Shown: positions 36,427 to 47,308, counted from the first letter of the stretch. The stretch: DNA of 47,373 bases from Vampirovibrionaceae bacterium NZW_1234 (GCA_041697335.1 JBGUGD010000020.1:1-47373), one strand, 5' to 3'. Notes: generated by a model from the sequence alone, not told the origin. Translations and numbers: made by a program.

Positions 36427-37656
36427 GTGATAGCATCATCGGCATCATTGTTAACCCACCCATGGGTCACCCGAGCCTGTAAGGGACTGTATGAAAACAA
36501 AACCTTTAAGGTTCTGGGCGTAGAAGTTCTAGGTATTAACTTGCCCAGAACCACGATTGTGCGTACAGTAGATGAAGCCATTGATGCCGGTGTTAATGAA
36601 TTTGGAAACACCATTGGTTTTTTTGGCGGGGTCTTTGGGGGTGGTTTTCTACTTGATAAGCTCCTAAAGTCCTGGAAAATTCCTCTGCATCCCAGGGCTG
36701 ATATCATTAGCCAAGGCCGGGTGTTAAAATCCTTTGGATTAATTCCCCCCTTGGTAGCCTTTATGATGGCAATGCCTTTTTTCAGAAACGCCTTCACCGC
36801 AAAGCGTTCTGGCACATTGGATTTTAAAGATCTTATCAGCAAGAACGACTCTATCCGAAAAAAACATTCTTCCCAGTCACCAGATGCTCAAACGCAAGCG
36901 GCCATCCAGCGATATACCCAAATCGGGCTTTCGATCTTAGCTGGCGGTTTTGCCTTGGCTGCCGCAGGAGTACTTTGGGCCCGCTTTGGCTTATTTAAAC
37001 CCAAACAGGCTTTCACATTAGCCAAACCCTTCAATAACCCAGCGTTTCAAAAAATCCTAAAAGCAATTTGTCTTACAGGCAAAAAAGCCACAGAGTTTGA
37101 CGACCTGAGAGCCGTATTTTACTGGGGTATTCCGGCTTACATCAGCTGGATGCTTGCCTCAAGAGACAAATTTGAAGTAAAAGAACAATTTTTAAAGATG
37201 ATTAACTTCATTGCCGTATATGTGCTAACCGACAAAGTGGTCAGCAAGTTTTTTGATCGTAAAACCGCCCAACACGCTAAAACAGTCCCTGGGGTCTATG
37301 ACAAAGTGGGCTCAAGCCTGAAATTCTCTTATGCCAAAGCTGCAACCCTTTCCAAGACAATGGGCTCAAAAGTCCAAAAGGTTATCCGGTTTGAAAACCT
37401 CAAGCTTCTCACCGGACTCGGGATGACCGTGTCTTTAATGGCAGTACTTCCGGCGTTATTAAACATCTATTTAACCCGGCAACGCTTGGAACGGGCGCAA
37501 GCCGAAGAAAGGCTTCAGAAGGAAGAGCACATGCGGATAGTCCAGCAGCGTATGCTCGCGTTAAAACGTAGGCAATTGGTTGAAGCAATGTTAAAAGCCC
37601 AACAGGCAAATCAAAGACTAGAAAAGTTTCCAACTCCCGGGTATGCTAGATACTAG
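36427..37656 (+). CDS. Hypothetical multi-pass membrane protein with C-terminal coiled coil
   Basis: 409-aa ORF, GTG start with AGGAAGG, several hydrophobic segments. Confidence 0.75.
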   Translation: MIASSASLLTHPWVTRACKGLYENKTFKVLGVEVLGINLPRTTIVRTVDEAIDAGVNEFGNTIGFFGGVFGGGFLLDKLLKSWKIPLHPRADIISQGRVLKSFGLIPPLVAFMMAMPFFRNAFTAKRSGTLDFKDLISKNDSIRKKHSSQSPDAQTQAAIQRYTQIGLSILAGGFALAAAGVLWARFGLFKPKQAFTLAKPFNNPAFQKILKAICLTGKKATEFDDLRAVFYWGIPAYISWMLASRDKFEVKEQFLKMINFIAVYVLTDKVVSKFFDRKTAQHAKTVPGVYDKVGSSLKFSYAKAATLSKTMGSKVQKVIRFENLKLLTGLGMTVSLMAVLPALLNIYLTRQRLERAQAEERLQKEEHMRIVQQRMLALKRRQLVEAMLKAQQANQRLEKFPTPGYARY

Positions 37657-37718
37657 CCTGAATACAAGTGACGATCATCCCTGCCCGCAGCCCGGCAGGG
37701 CTCTGGAAAGGACAACCT

Positions 37719-38198
37719 ATGTATCGCAAAAGCTTTTTTATCGTTCTCTTGTCAATTCTCGCCATGGGACTGATGTTTACGGGCACACGCTACATGGCAG
37801 CCATCCCTGGCTTTTTTGGGCTTCCTTCAAGCTATGATCCCAGAGTGTCCATCCAAGATGCGGCACAAACCTCCGAAAAACCTCTTCTCATCGAGTTTTA
37901 TACGGACTCCTGTGGTGGCTGCCAACAAATTACCCCATTGGTCCACAAGCTCTCTAAAAAGTACAAGGATGATCTGACCTTTGTGATGGTGGATGTCAAT
38001 GATCCTGAACAGGCTCAAGTTTCAGAGATCTTCGGCATCACATATGTACCCCGCCTTTTTATCTTCGATTTTAAACATATGGCCAAAGTCTCCGTCGAAC
38101 CCAGCAGCCACGAAAATATCCGAGCTGTCGATGATGCCATACAAGATGGCCTGAAGCGGGTTCGTAAAAAGGCGGCTGCCAAAGCACAAGCATCTTAA
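37719..38198 (+). CDS. Exported/membrane-anchored thioredoxin-family protein
   Basis: IEFYTDSCGGCQ (CxxC), VPR cis-Pro motif, N-terminal TM; GGAAAGGA RBS before ATG 37719. Confidence 0.85.
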   Translation: MYRKSFFIVLLSILAMGLMFTGTRYMAAIPGFFGLPSSYDPRVSIQDAAQTSEKPLLIEFYTDSCGGCQQITPLVHKLSKKYKDDLTFVMVDVNDPEQAQVSEIFGITYVPRLFIFDFKHMAKVSVEPSSHENIRAVDDAIQDGLKRVRKKAAAKAQAS

Positions 38199-38417
38199 CT
38201 ACCAAGAAGCTCAAAGTTGAAAGCTAACCTCTTCTGTTCAAAGAAGGTGCACACCTCTCATGGGGGAAATTCGATTTAAACGTTGAAGAAATCTCTTGGC
38301 TTGGTCGACAAAGCACACATGCATGTCAGGCAAAGCCAGGTTTCGCACCATGACCGTGACAACCCTCAGGCCCGGCCCTTATTACAAATTGGCTTATAAA
38401 AGACCAGAAGGTAATAG

Positions 38418-39302
38418 GTGGTATCGCTTATGAAATGGCTTGATTCCGCCCTATATCCTTTCAAGCATCGCCAACACATGGACATGCTTTTACACCCATG
38501 CATAATGCTATTCGGTTTTTCAATCTATGTCACGATGGTTAGCGGTGGGTTTCTCTTTCTGGTAGGCATTCATAAATACAGCCTTCTTGCGGCAGCAGTA
38601 CCCGTTCTGGCAGCAAGCCTTTTCACAGCCTGCCTTTCTGCCGGGTACTTCTGGGAGATACTGAGCTGCCTGGAAGATAATGTTCCCATAGAGCACCGGC
38701 CTATTGGCAGCCACTGGATGCAGGTTGCTTATGAAGGCTCACACTTGTTATTCTTTTACACCCTCTTGGCCTCGTTCTTAATTTCACTGACCATTTTGTT
38801 TTATCCTTTCGGCTTGATTATTCCAGTACTCGTTCTCTTATTTCACCCCCTTCTATTAATGCCCCCCCTATTTTCCTGTCATGACAGAACTTTTCTTGGA
38901 CTGCTGGACGGCTGCCTGGACACAGTAAAAGTACTCAAAAGCAAGGAATACGCCTTAATTTTGCTTAATGGCAGCCTTTATCTTGTGTTAATCAGTACCT
39001 TAAGCTATATCCCAACCATGCTCATCTTCACAGCAAGTGGAATCGGCGTGTTCGGAGTTCCAGGTCTAGCATTTGCAAACGTATTAGGATACTGCCATTT
39101 ACTCAAAACATTAGGGTGTCAACACCATATGACGACACCCGCTGCTTTAAACTCATTTTTCCCGAATGCACATTCATATTCGTATCATCTTTATTTAAGT
39201 GCTGAAGCAGCATCTCCTTCCAGCACCTCCACGGGCAGGCAGACATCCTTGCACCCTCACACCAATCCTCATCGCTCCAGTCACCCTCCGAGGAATCGGT
39301 AA
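38418..39302 (+). CDS. Hypothetical membrane protein (DUF4013-like)
   Basis: ALYPF N-terminus, GYFW, multiple TM segments; paralog-like to the next gene. Confidence 0.6.
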   Translation: MVSLMKWLDSALYPFKHRQHMDMLLHPCIMLFGFSIYVTMVSGGFLFLVGIHKYSLLAAAVPVLAASLFTACLSAGYFWEILSCLEDNVPIEHRPIGSHWMQVAYEGSHLLFFYTLLASFLISLTILFYPFGLIIPVLVLLFHPLLLMPPLFSCHDRTFLGLLDGCLDTVKVLKSKEYALILLNGSLYLVLISTLSYIPTMLIFTASGIGVFGVPGLAFANVLGYCHLLKTLGCQHHMTTPAALNSFFPNAHSYSYHLYLSAEAASPSSTSTGRQTSLHPHTNPHRSSHPPRNR

Positions 39303-39319
39303 TATGGGGAGACTGTAGG

Positions 39320-40237
39320 ATGAGACACCACTTTGCCGCCCATTATTGGCGAGCTCTCATAAAATTGGTCTTCAAGTCTCACAATATTAAACACGCCTTA
39401 CTAATTCCCAGCGGTCTACTCGGCATTGTCTTCATCTCAATGGGACTTCTATTGCTGATGAGCTTGATCTTTCTCCTTAACGGCACTGTGTTTCCAACTT
39501 CCACTTGGACAGGACTTTTCCTACTAGTGGCCTTAGCTCCTCTCGGGCTCTCTCTGGGGACCCTTTGCGGGATTGCTTTGATGGGCTACTATTGGAATCT
39601 GGTCGCGACATTGCAGAATCATGGCTTGGACGCGGATGTACCCGCCTGGACTCAAGGGCAATGGCAACGACATCTCCAGCGAGGATGGCATATGGCAGGG
39701 TATTGTATGATACTAGTCTTGTTTGGCAGCCTCTTTCTGGATCTTCTGGCCAATTTATCAGGCTATACTGCGAACGCAGAGATGATTGAGACGCCTACAA
39801 TTGGCGATTTCAAGCTGATCCAATTCCATGATACTAATAAGGACTACCTGAACCTCTTCCAGTCAGCAGGCTGGACCAGTCTGATGATGCTGACAAGCCT
39901 GACCTTGGCCCTACCCTTTTTATTAGGCCCATTGTATTACAATGCTCATACACAAGACTTCTGTACCTTGTTCAAAAATCTAAGGGCATCGCTTGGATGG
40001 GCATCAACGCGATACTGGTGGGTTTTTGGAGTCAGCCTTTTTATTCACACTTTCTTAGCGGGGCTTCTAGGAGCCTTGATCCTGATTTTGGGCCTAACAG
40101 GTGTGGGACTTCTCTGCATCCCATTCTTAGTCATATTCGGGCTAACGTTATGTACAGTGCTTTACACCTGGGCCTTTACACCTTTAAAAGTTAACAGACC
40201 CGCTTCAGTGGAGGTCTTTCTTGAGTCGGACGCCTAA
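39320..40237 (+). CDS. Hypothetical membrane protein (DUF4013-like)
   Basis: GYYW, DVPAW, W..HLQRGW pattern and multiple TM segments; GGGGAG RBS. Confidence 0.6.
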   Translation: MRHHFAAHYWRALIKLVFKSHNIKHALLIPSGLLGIVFISMGLLLLMSLIFLLNGTVFPTSTWTGLFLLVALAPLGLSLGTLCGIALMGYYWNLVATLQNHGLDADVPAWTQGQWQRHLQRGWHMAGYCMILVLFGSLFLDLLANLSGYTANAEMIETPTIGDFKLIQFHDTNKDYLNLFQSAGWTSLMMLTSLTLALPFLLGPLYYNAHTQDFCTLFKNLRASLGWASTRYWWVFGVSLFIHTFLAGLLGALILILGLTGVGLLCIPFLVIFGLTLCTVLYTWAFTPLKVNRPASVEVFLESDA

Positions 40238-40561
40238 AAACCGACCTCAGATCACAGAATCCCTCCGGAAAAAATCATTATGGCTCAGCCAGCTTTGCAA
40301 ATCATAGAACACGACCTCGGCCCAAAATGGTTGAATGCACTTACATTCTGTAACAGAGCCATTCTTAATCCAAACCATGTCTTCTAAGTATCTGAATCAA
40401 ATCCAAAGGAAGAACAAGACACATCTTCTGGCAATTATCTCTTGCCTTGATTTGCCGACGCAATTATTAGAAAAACCTTAATCCATCGTAGGCTTTAGCA
40501 AGAAATCCTAAAACAAAGGTTTTATGCCGTTAGTATTACTGTTGTCACATAAGGACTACAT

Positions 40562-40786
40562 ATGCTTCAACCAGCGAGTCACTCGTCCGGCCTGTTCAGT
40601 CGCGTCTTTGGGAGGCAGAACGCAATGCCAGGCAACGAGGAAACAACATCTTTAAACCCGGATGAACCCCAAGAAAGCCTATCCAAATTCGATTACAAAG
40701 GAATTGGAGATACCCTGGCTGAATTGCGGGGAAATACCTCACAACCCAGACGAAACCAATGGAATTTTCAGGCGTTAAACCTCTAA
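40562..40786 (+). CDS. Hypothetical small protein (74 aa)
   Basis: TAAGGA RBS, hydrophilic, protein-like composition. Confidence 0.55.
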   Translation: MLQPASHSSGLFSRVFGRQNAMPGNEETTSLNPDEPQESLSKFDYKGIGDTLAELRGNTSQPRRNQWNFQALNL

Positions 40787-40885
40787 TAACGACTTCGTGT
40801 TGACGGAGCACGAGATCGATAGTCTTAGACAAGCACTTATGTTTCACCATATCTAGTAACGGATCGAGAGCAGGGGAAATACAAT

Positions 40886-41140
40886 ATGACAGATCATTTA
40901 TCACAGTCATCCTCGTATGGCTTACCCAACCCAGCAAGTTCAGAGATTTGCTCGTCAAACCTGCTGGCACATCAGCACAAGAAGTTATCTTCATCCCGGC
41001 TCATCAGCCCAGATTTGCAGGCTGATGTAGATCTCTTGCGCAATATTCAGCATGTTGGCTGGAAAGATGCGGTTTTATATTACTTGTTTGGTGATAGCCT
41101 GCCGGAAGAAGACCGTACACGAGCTATTACCCTGTTATAA
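40886..41140 (+). CDS. Hypothetical small protein (84 aa)
   Basis: AGGGGA RBS, clean ORF. Confidence 0.5.
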   Translation: MTDHLSQSSSYGLPNPASSEICSSNLLAHQHKKLSSSRLISPDLQADVDLLRNIQHVGWKDAVLYYLFGDSLPEEDRTRAITLL

Positions 41141-41495
41141 TTTAAAGCCTTGTGAGAATTCCACGCCAAATAACCGACATTCTTACTCATAATAAGGCTT
41201 TATGTCTAGCCAAATCTCATATGTATTGTTTTCAATGTGCAATGCCGCTCTTGATCTTGAAATGACAGACATTAAAGGGATTTTCGGGACATTCAATCGA
41301 TGTGAAATAATGTTAAGCATGACTCTCTCAACCAAGAACTGAGAACACCCTGACCCCGTGCGGCAGGGTGTCTCTTCATACAAGCAAGAATTTCCCCTCC
41401 TTTATTTTTGCGTCTGTTTCCGGTACACATTACAGATGAGTTTAACCATCTGTTATCCGAATTGTTAACCAACACAGGAGTGCTCAAGAGAGAGT

Positions 41496-43625
41496 ATGGA
41501 ACAGACATTCTTATGGTTCTCGGTAATTGCCGCCGTACTGGCAATCGTTTTCGGGTTTGTAACCCGACAATGGATCATTTCACGTGATCCTGGCTCATCA
41601 CGCATGCAGGAAATCGCTAACGCTATTGAAGAAGGCGCTCGTGCATACATGACGCGCCAATACACCACCATCACCATCACGGCGGTGGTTGTCGCCATAT
41701 TGCTCTACGTGGCTTATTCCATGGAGAAAACGTCTACATTTGCTCTTTTCACAGCCCTTGGCTTTCTTTTAGGGGCCTTTTTAAGTGGTCTTGCTGGCTT
41801 TGTAGGAATGTTCGTTTCGGTTAAAGCGAATGTCCGTACAGCTCAGGCTGCAGAAGGCGGCATGAACCCAGCATTGGATATCGCCTTCAAAGGTGGTGCC
41901 GTAACCGGGATGCTGGTTGTGGGTCTTGGCCTCTTGGGTGTTTCTGTGTTTTACTACTTCGCTGACCAGTTTGATGTATTTGAATCCTTGGTCGGCCTCG
42001 CATTCGGCTCCAGCTTGATCAGCGTATTTGCCCGTTTGGGCGGTGGGATCTACACAAAAGCCGCTGACGTTGGCGCAGATCTTGTCGGTAAAGTTGAAGC
42101 CGGGATCCCGGAAGATGATCCTCGTAATCCGGCAGTTATTGCTGACAACGTTGGTGATAACGTTGGTGATTGTGCTGGTATGGCAGCAGATTTATTTGAA
42201 ACATATGCTGTTACCACCATTGCTGGAATGATCTTAGGCCGCTTACTCTTCCCTGGTAATGAAATGGCCATCGTGTTACCCTTACTGCTAGGTGGTATCT
42301 CTATTATTGCCTCTATCATCGGAACATTTTTTGTTAAAGTCAGTCCGGGCCAGTCCCCCATGACCGCGTTGTACAAAGGCCTGTACACGGCCATGGCCCT
42401 TGGCACCATTATGATTATTGCGGCCATTAAAATGTTCTTCGGCGAAGGCTTTGAAGCAGCGAATAATACTGTCATTAGCTCAAATGCATTAATTTGGTCC
42501 TCCCTGGTTGGAATTTTAGTAACCATCGCCATCGTCAAAATCACGGATTACTACACCTCTACCGAGTATGGTCCCGTTCGTAATGTGGCGAAACAATCTG
42601 AAACCGGCCATGCGACCAACATTATTGCCGGCTTGGCTGTCAGCATGAAAGCTACTGCTTTGCCGGTTATTGTGATTTCCATAGGCATTATTGCTTCCTT
42701 CCTCTTTGCAGGGTTGTATGGGGTTGCTTTGGCGGCTGTTGCCATGCTCTCCATGGCTGGTATCGTTGTTGCCTTGGATAGCTTCGGCCCCATTACCGAC
42801 AACGCCGGCGGGATTGCCGAAATGTCAGAGATGGGTGAGAACATCCGTAGCATCACGGACCCCTTGGACGCTGTGGGTAACACCACCAAGGCTATTACCA
42901 AAGGCTATGCCATCGGTTCTGCTGGTTTAGCAGCGATTGTGTTGTTTGGCTCCTACATCCAGGACCTGCAAACATTCGCACTACAAAAACCGGCTTCCCA
43001 TTTAGCCCAATATCTGGCTGCCACAGCCGGTAATATGTCAGGCCTATTCTCCTTAGGCGATCCCTACGTACTGGTAGGTCTATTCGCAGGCGGTATGATC
43101 CCCTATCTGTTTGGCGCCTACGCCATGGAAGCCGTCGGGATTGCCGGTGGTCAAGTTGTTGAAGAAGTTCGCCGCCAGTTCCGTGAGAAGCCCGGCATTA
43201 TGCAAGGCACGGAAAAGCCGGACTATGCAACCTGTGTTGACATTGTTACCAAGAGCGCCCTTAAACAGATGATGGTGCCAGCCTTACTTCCGGTTCTGGC
43301 TCCTGTCGTACTGCTGTTGCTGGGTAAATTTGCCCCCGCCGAGTCCTACGCCTCCATTAAGATGGTCGGCGGCGTTCTGGTCGGCAGTATTGTCACCGGC
43401 TTGTTTGTGGCAATCTCGATGACCTCAGGCGGCGGTGCATGGGACAATGCAAAGAAGTATATTGAAGACGGGCACTTCGGAGGCAAAGGCTCCTTTGCTC
43501 ACCAAGCTGCCGTCACGGGTGACACCGTTGGTGATCCTTACAAAGACACCGCCGGCCCTGCCATCAACCCGGTTATCAAAATCCTGAACATTGTGGCTCT
43601 TTTATTAGTGCCATTCTTGGTGTAG
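41496..43625 (+). CDS. hppA: Membrane H+-translocating pyrophosphatase, predicted K+-independent
   Basis: [37 protein letters not shown] (Lys at the K+-dependence determinant), [10 protein letters not shown]. Confidence 0.95.
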   Translation: MEQTFLWFSVIAAVLAIVFGFVTRQWIISRDPGSSRMQEIANAIEEGARAYMTRQYTTITITAVVVAILLYVAYSMEKTSTFALFTALGFLLGAFLSGLAGFVGMFVSVKANVRTAQAAEGGMNPALDIAFKGGAVTGMLVVGLGLLGVSVFYYFADQFDVFESLVGLAFGSSLISVFARLGGGIYTKAADVGADLVGKVEAGIPEDDPRNPAVIADNVGDNVGDCAGMAADLFETYAVTTIAGMILGRLLFPGNEMAIVLPLLLGGISIIASIIGTFFVKVSPGQSPMTALYKGLYTAMALGTIMIIAAIKMFFGEGFEAANNTVISSNALIWSSLVGILVTIAIVKITDYYTSTEYGPVRNVAKQSETGHATNIIAGLAVSMKATALPVIVISIGIIASFLFAGLYGVALAAVAMLSMAGIVVALDSFGPITDNAGGIAEMSEMGENIRSITDPLDAVGNTTKAITKGYAIGSAGLAAIVLFGSYIQDLQTFALQKPASHLAQYLAATAGNMSGLFSLGDPYVLVGLFAGGMIPYLFGAYAMEAVGIAGGQVVEEVRRQFREKPGIMQGTEKPDYATCVDIVTKSALKQMMVPALLPVLAPVVLLLLGKFAPAESYASIKMVGGVLVGSIVTGLFVAISMTSGGGAWDNAKKYIEDGHFGGKGSFAHQAAVTGDTVGDPYKDTAGPAINPVIKILNIVALLLVPFLV

Positions 43626-43632
43626 TATATCT

Positions 43633-43658
43633 GGGGTGGGATCAGTTCCCACCCCTTT
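43633..43658 (+). terminator. Intrinsic terminator after hppA
   Basis: GGGGTGGGA/TCCCACCCC stem plus TTT. Confidence 0.75.
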
Positions 43659-43742
43659 ACTTCTATTTTTCACCTCGCGTTCCCCAAAACCAAATATAAG
43701 GAGGGTGTATACCATAAAGTTGTATCGGATTTTAAATATCCC

Positions 43743-43771
43743 TTGAAAAAATGCTTGTTTTAAGCGATAAT
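43743..43771 (+). promoter_or_regulatory. Sigma70-type promoter for the CopG gene
   Basis: TTGAAA-17 nt-GATAAT. Confidence 0.55.
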
Positions 43772-43837
43772 AAGCACGTTTATTGTATCTTTAATGAATA
43801 AACACTTTACAAAGCAAACCGAAGGAGAAAGAGTACT

Positions 43838-44029
43838 ATGGCTCGGGTACTAATTTCCATGAAAGATGATTTTCTGAAGAAAATCGACGAGGTTGCTGAA
43901 ACGGAACAGCGTTCGAGAAGCGAGTTGATCCGTGAAGCTCTTCGGCAATATATTCGGAAAAATGTCGCCAACCAGAATCCACGCCTGGAGCAGGAAGCTC
44001 GTGCGTTGGAAGCCTTACTGGAAGAGTAA
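43838..44029 (+). CDS. CopG/ribbon-helix-helix transcriptional regulator
   Basis: MARVLISM...LKKIDEVA...RSRSELIREALRQY; AAGGAG RBS. Confidence 0.88.
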   Translation: MARVLISMKDDFLKKIDEVAETEQRSRSELIREALRQYIRKNVANQNPRLEQEARALEALLEE

Positions 44030-44128
44030 GTCCTCGTTATACCAACTCTTAATTGTTTCTTGTTGCGATCGTCCCACTCATAACACTGTTGGAATTGAGA
44101 CGTTTGAATCGCCCCCCAGTCGGATTAC

Positions 44129-44162
44129 CAAAACAGCCCGCTCATGATGGCGGGCTGTTTTG
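44129..44162. terminator. Bidirectional intrinsic terminator
   Basis: CAAAACAGCCCGC/GCGGGCTGTTTTG 13-bp stem. Confidence 0.8.
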
Positions 44163-44267
44163 TGTATCAAAACGTTACCCGTTTGATTTGTGGCGTTTGA
44201 AAGAACGCAGATTTGGGTAGGTTAAATTAGGACAGCTGCGATATAAGCCCCCCATGGAGACGGCGTT

Positions 44268-45347
44268 ATGCGAGGCAAAAAATCAGGTCAAGCAGTCATT
44301 CAAACCATCGGCTTGCTCTTTGTAATGATCATGGCAGGAGTGTTCAGCATCGATGCCGGACTCTATTTTGCTTCAACCCAAGCCATGCGAAACGCTGCGG
44401 ACGCCGCAGCCCTTGCCGGAGCCCAGGCCTTTTACGAATACATTGGAACCGATTATGGCTCCAGACTCAATGCAGCCAGAGCAGCGGCCCGTGAACTTGC
44501 CCAAGCCAACTTTGGTCTTCGGTTGAACGATACGGACATCGATTTTGGCTATGTTGACCCCATCACAGGCCTTTACGACAACACTACATTCAGCACCCCC
44601 ACAACCAATCCGGCATTTTACCTGACCAACGGGTACAATGCTATTCGTGTGAATGTGCGGGCAGCGAACAATGAAGCCAATCCTGCGATTCGAACCTTAT
44701 TTGCCAATACGTTTGGGATTCAAAGACTCAATGCAGCCACACGGGCGGTTGCTATCTTTGGCGGCGGCGTTTATCAAGCTGGTGGTCTGCGCCCGGTTTA
44801 CATGTGCCAGGCTGCTTGGGACAGAGCCTTACAACAATTTGGTGACCCGACCATTCCTGAAATTACCTTCTATGGTGATACGCTGCGTGTTGGGAATATC
44901 AATGTTCCACAGGCCCAAAGTTGCGGCAATTTAGGTCCGGGCAATTGGGGTATTGCAGACCTTAGCAACACCAACGGTGCGCCAGGGGTTAGCACTGTCA
45001 GAGACTGGTTCACATATGGTTACAGCGGAACCGTCTATACGGGGACGAACTACGAATCTCAGACGGGTACGCCCATTAATACCTTTGACGATGCCCTGAC
45101 CAACCTGAGAAACAACCAGACCGTGATAAATATTCCATTGTACGATGCCACCTCCGGAAACGGTTCCAATGCAATCTTCCATGTGTCACAAATTGCCTCT
45201 TTCGTCATCACAGATTTTAGTACCACCGGGAACCAATCCAAGCGCTATATTCGAGGATATTTTCGACGCTCAATATGTTCCAACGATTGTTCTCTAGGCA
45301 CAACCACGCGTTCAGGCGGAACGACCACATTGCGCCTGGTGAACTAG
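44268..45347 (+). CDS. TadG-like pilus assembly protein (Tad domain)
   Basis: KKSG/QAVI prepilin-like start plus TM, IDAG, MRNAADAAALAGA, IDFG, AIRVNV, TLFA, ATRAVA, GNWG. Confidence 0.82.
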   Translation: MRGKKSGQAVIQTIGLLFVMIMAGVFSIDAGLYFASTQAMRNAADAAALAGAQAFYEYIGTDYGSRLNAARAAARELAQANFGLRLNDTDIDFGYVDPITGLYDNTTFSTPTTNPAFYLTNGYNAIRVNVRAANNEANPAIRTLFANTFGIQRLNAATRAVAIFGGGVYQAGGLRPVYMCQAAWDRALQQFGDPTIPEITFYGDTLRVGNINVPQAQSCGNLGPGNWGIADLSNTNGAPGVSTVRDWFTYGYSGTVYTGTNYESQTGTPINTFDDALTNLRNNQTVINIPLYDATSGNGSNAIFHVSQIASFVITDFSTTGNQSKRYIRGYFRRSICSNDCSLGTTTRSGGTTTLRLVN

Positions 45348-45434
45348 CCTACCCAACTTCCTATCATCAGCTCCATTATCAGAATGACCCTCTCCCCTCC
45401 TGGAGTATGGTATCCTTAAAGTACCCTGTTTCGT

Positions 45435-45508
45435 CGGGATGTAGCGCAGCTTGGTAGCGCATCTGCTTTGGGAGCAGAGGGCCGCAGGTTCGAATCCTGT
45501 CATCCCGA
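45435..45508 (+). tRNA. tRNA-Pro (anticodon TGG), CCA not encoded
   Basis: CGGGATG/CATCCCG acceptor, anticodon arm TCTGC-TTTGGGA-GCAGA, GGTTCGAATCC T arm. Confidence 0.96.
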
Positions 45509-45718
45509 GATTTTTTCAAATTGGACCCCTTGGGTAATTAAATCAAGCAGCTCATTAAGAGAGTTAGCCTGTCTTTTTGTCTTTTAGTAAGCAGTTCGAA
45601 AGTACCGATTCAAAATCGAATAAGAGCAGCAGTCTCATATTTATAACGTCTTTGCACCCATGACCATTTTTTAATTCTGTTACGTTCGGTTTAAATTTTC
45701 TGAAACAACACGGTCTCC

Positions 45719-46417
45719 TCATGGCACTGGGTAGAGTAATTTCCAAAAACCCATAAATTCCCGACTGGCATTTTCTCCCACTAATCGGTTTAATTCCTTC
45801 TGAATCTGATTTGGGTCTTCTCCAGCTTCTAGCGCATTCAAGACGGATGCCACTTGCGCTTGCAGCACCTGTTTCCTTTTGTGAATCTGACGATTGTAAT
45901 GGAGCCGAAGCATCGCAACAATCGTCAAACTCCCCAATAGGGTGCTTTGCCCAACAACCCCAAGAGTAGGAATTGCCTTTCGGGAACTCACCGTCGGTTT
46001 TTTCTGATCAATCAACCTTAGGGCCAGAATATTCTGAGATAAGGCCGTACTACCAATCATTGTGCCTGTTAAAAAGGGTAATACCGTCGTCACATGCCCC
46101 AGTTTTCGAGTCAGTTTTTGCAAAGTGGAATCACGCTGATACGCCTTATTGAGCAACATCTCTTCCAACATACCGTCAGACAACAAGGCAGTATGTTCCG
46201 CCTGTACGGTGACAACTGGCAAATCTCCAGCTATTTTGGGAGTAGCCTTATTTGGGGGAGTTGAACTCTGTTGGATTTCATTGAGTGGAGAATTGATTGA
46301 AAGAGAATCCTCAGCTCTGGTGATCTCAATCCCATGCATACCTATTGATCCCCAAATCAATAAACATAACCCTTGAATAAGGAGGTTTTTTTGTTTCAGG
46401 AAGAAGTATTTTGCCAT
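45719..46417 (-). CDS. Hypothetical exported/membrane protein
   Basis: N-terminal signal-like segment and two internal hydrophobic stretches. Confidence 0.6.
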   Translation of the reverse strand: MAKYFFLKQKNLLIQGLCLLIWGSIGMHGIEITRAEDSLSINSPLNEIQQSSTPPNKATPKIAGDLPVVTVQAEHTALLSDGMLEEMLLNKAYQRDSTLQKLTRKLGHVTTVLPFLTGTMIGSTALSQNILALRLIDQKKPTVSSRKAIPTLGVVGQSTLLGSLTIVAMLRLHYNRQIHKRKQVLQAQVASVLNALEAGEDPNQIQKELNRLVGENASREFMGFWKLLYPVP

Positions 46418-46561
46418 ACTGTACTTTCCCTAACCCATAAGTCATGGTTTTTGTAGAGCAGCGGAAGTCTGTTAGCAAGCTAGTCAAAAACAGTTTAAGT
46501 TGTTGGAACGATATCCTTATTCCCCTACTAGAGAAAGATTGCTTAATTCCTGGATAGACTC

Positions 46562-47308
46562 TTATTTCACAATGAAGTTCAGGCCAACGAGCAGGATATT
46601 ATTAATCTTGTCGGATGCGTTTTTGCGATCCACATAGTTTATCAGATACCCTATCTCTGCATTGGCATAGTCATTGAATTTTCGGTTTAATCCAGCAAAA
46701 ACCCGGTTCTGATCAAAGCCTGCCTGTAGGCCAAAGTCTGTATCGTTCAGGTTAACAAAAAATTCATCATACCCAACCAGGGACCATTTCTGGGAGCGTA
46801 AAATCGGATAAGAGGCCCGAATCATATGGCGAGCTCGTACAGAAGTGCCACCCGCTCTCTCAATAAATCGCTCCTCTAAACGGGTTCGGTTAGTGAGAGA
46901 TAGCTTTTTAATATGGTTTTCTAGGAGTACTTGCTGGAAAATTCGGTTCTCATTGATGAACTCTGGCCGAAAGCCGGGTGCCCAGGCATAGCCTTGCCAA
47001 ATCGAAAGGTTTGGGGTCACTTGGTATCCAACGGCAGGACGGATTAACAGTCTTTCAAACCCAGAATATTGGGGTTCACTGTTGCTCAAACCAATCCTGG
47101 GCTGGACTTCAGCGTAAAAACGCAACCGGTGAGGCACATCCACTCGGAGGGTTACAATGTCCCAATTCTGAAATTCTTGATCGACCTCCTCAGCGAAAGC
47201 ATTATTCGGAGAAAAACCAATTACCAGAAAGCTAATCAACACCAAAAGCAATGAAATATGTTTGACAGCCAGCATAGACTTAATCCTGTTACGGATGCTC
47301 GTTTGCAA
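46562..47308 (-). CDS. DUF2490-family outer-membrane beta-barrel protein
   Basis: Signal peptide (AFA), LLIRPAVGY, ENRIFQQ, RTRLEERF, GFDQNRVFAG; start may be ATG 47275. Confidence 0.8.
   Translation of the reverse strand: MQTSIRNRIKSMLAVKHISLLLVLISFLVIGFSPNNAFAEEVDQEFQNWDIVTLRVDVPHRLRFYAEVQPRIGLSNSEPQYSGFERLLIRPAVGYQVTPNLSIWQGYAWAPGFRPEFINENRIFQQVLLENHIKKLSLTNRTRLEERFIERAGGTSVRARHMIRASYPILRSQKWSLVGYDEFFVNLNDTDFGLQAGFDQNRVFAGLNRKFNDYANAEIGYLINYVDRKNASDKINNILLVGLNFIVK

Noticed and set aside
40280..40387. 35-aa ORF MAQPALQII...
   Set aside because: No convincing RBS or terminator
42050..42901. Antisense ORFs within hppA
   Set aside because: Typical shadow ORFs of a conserved membrane-protein gene
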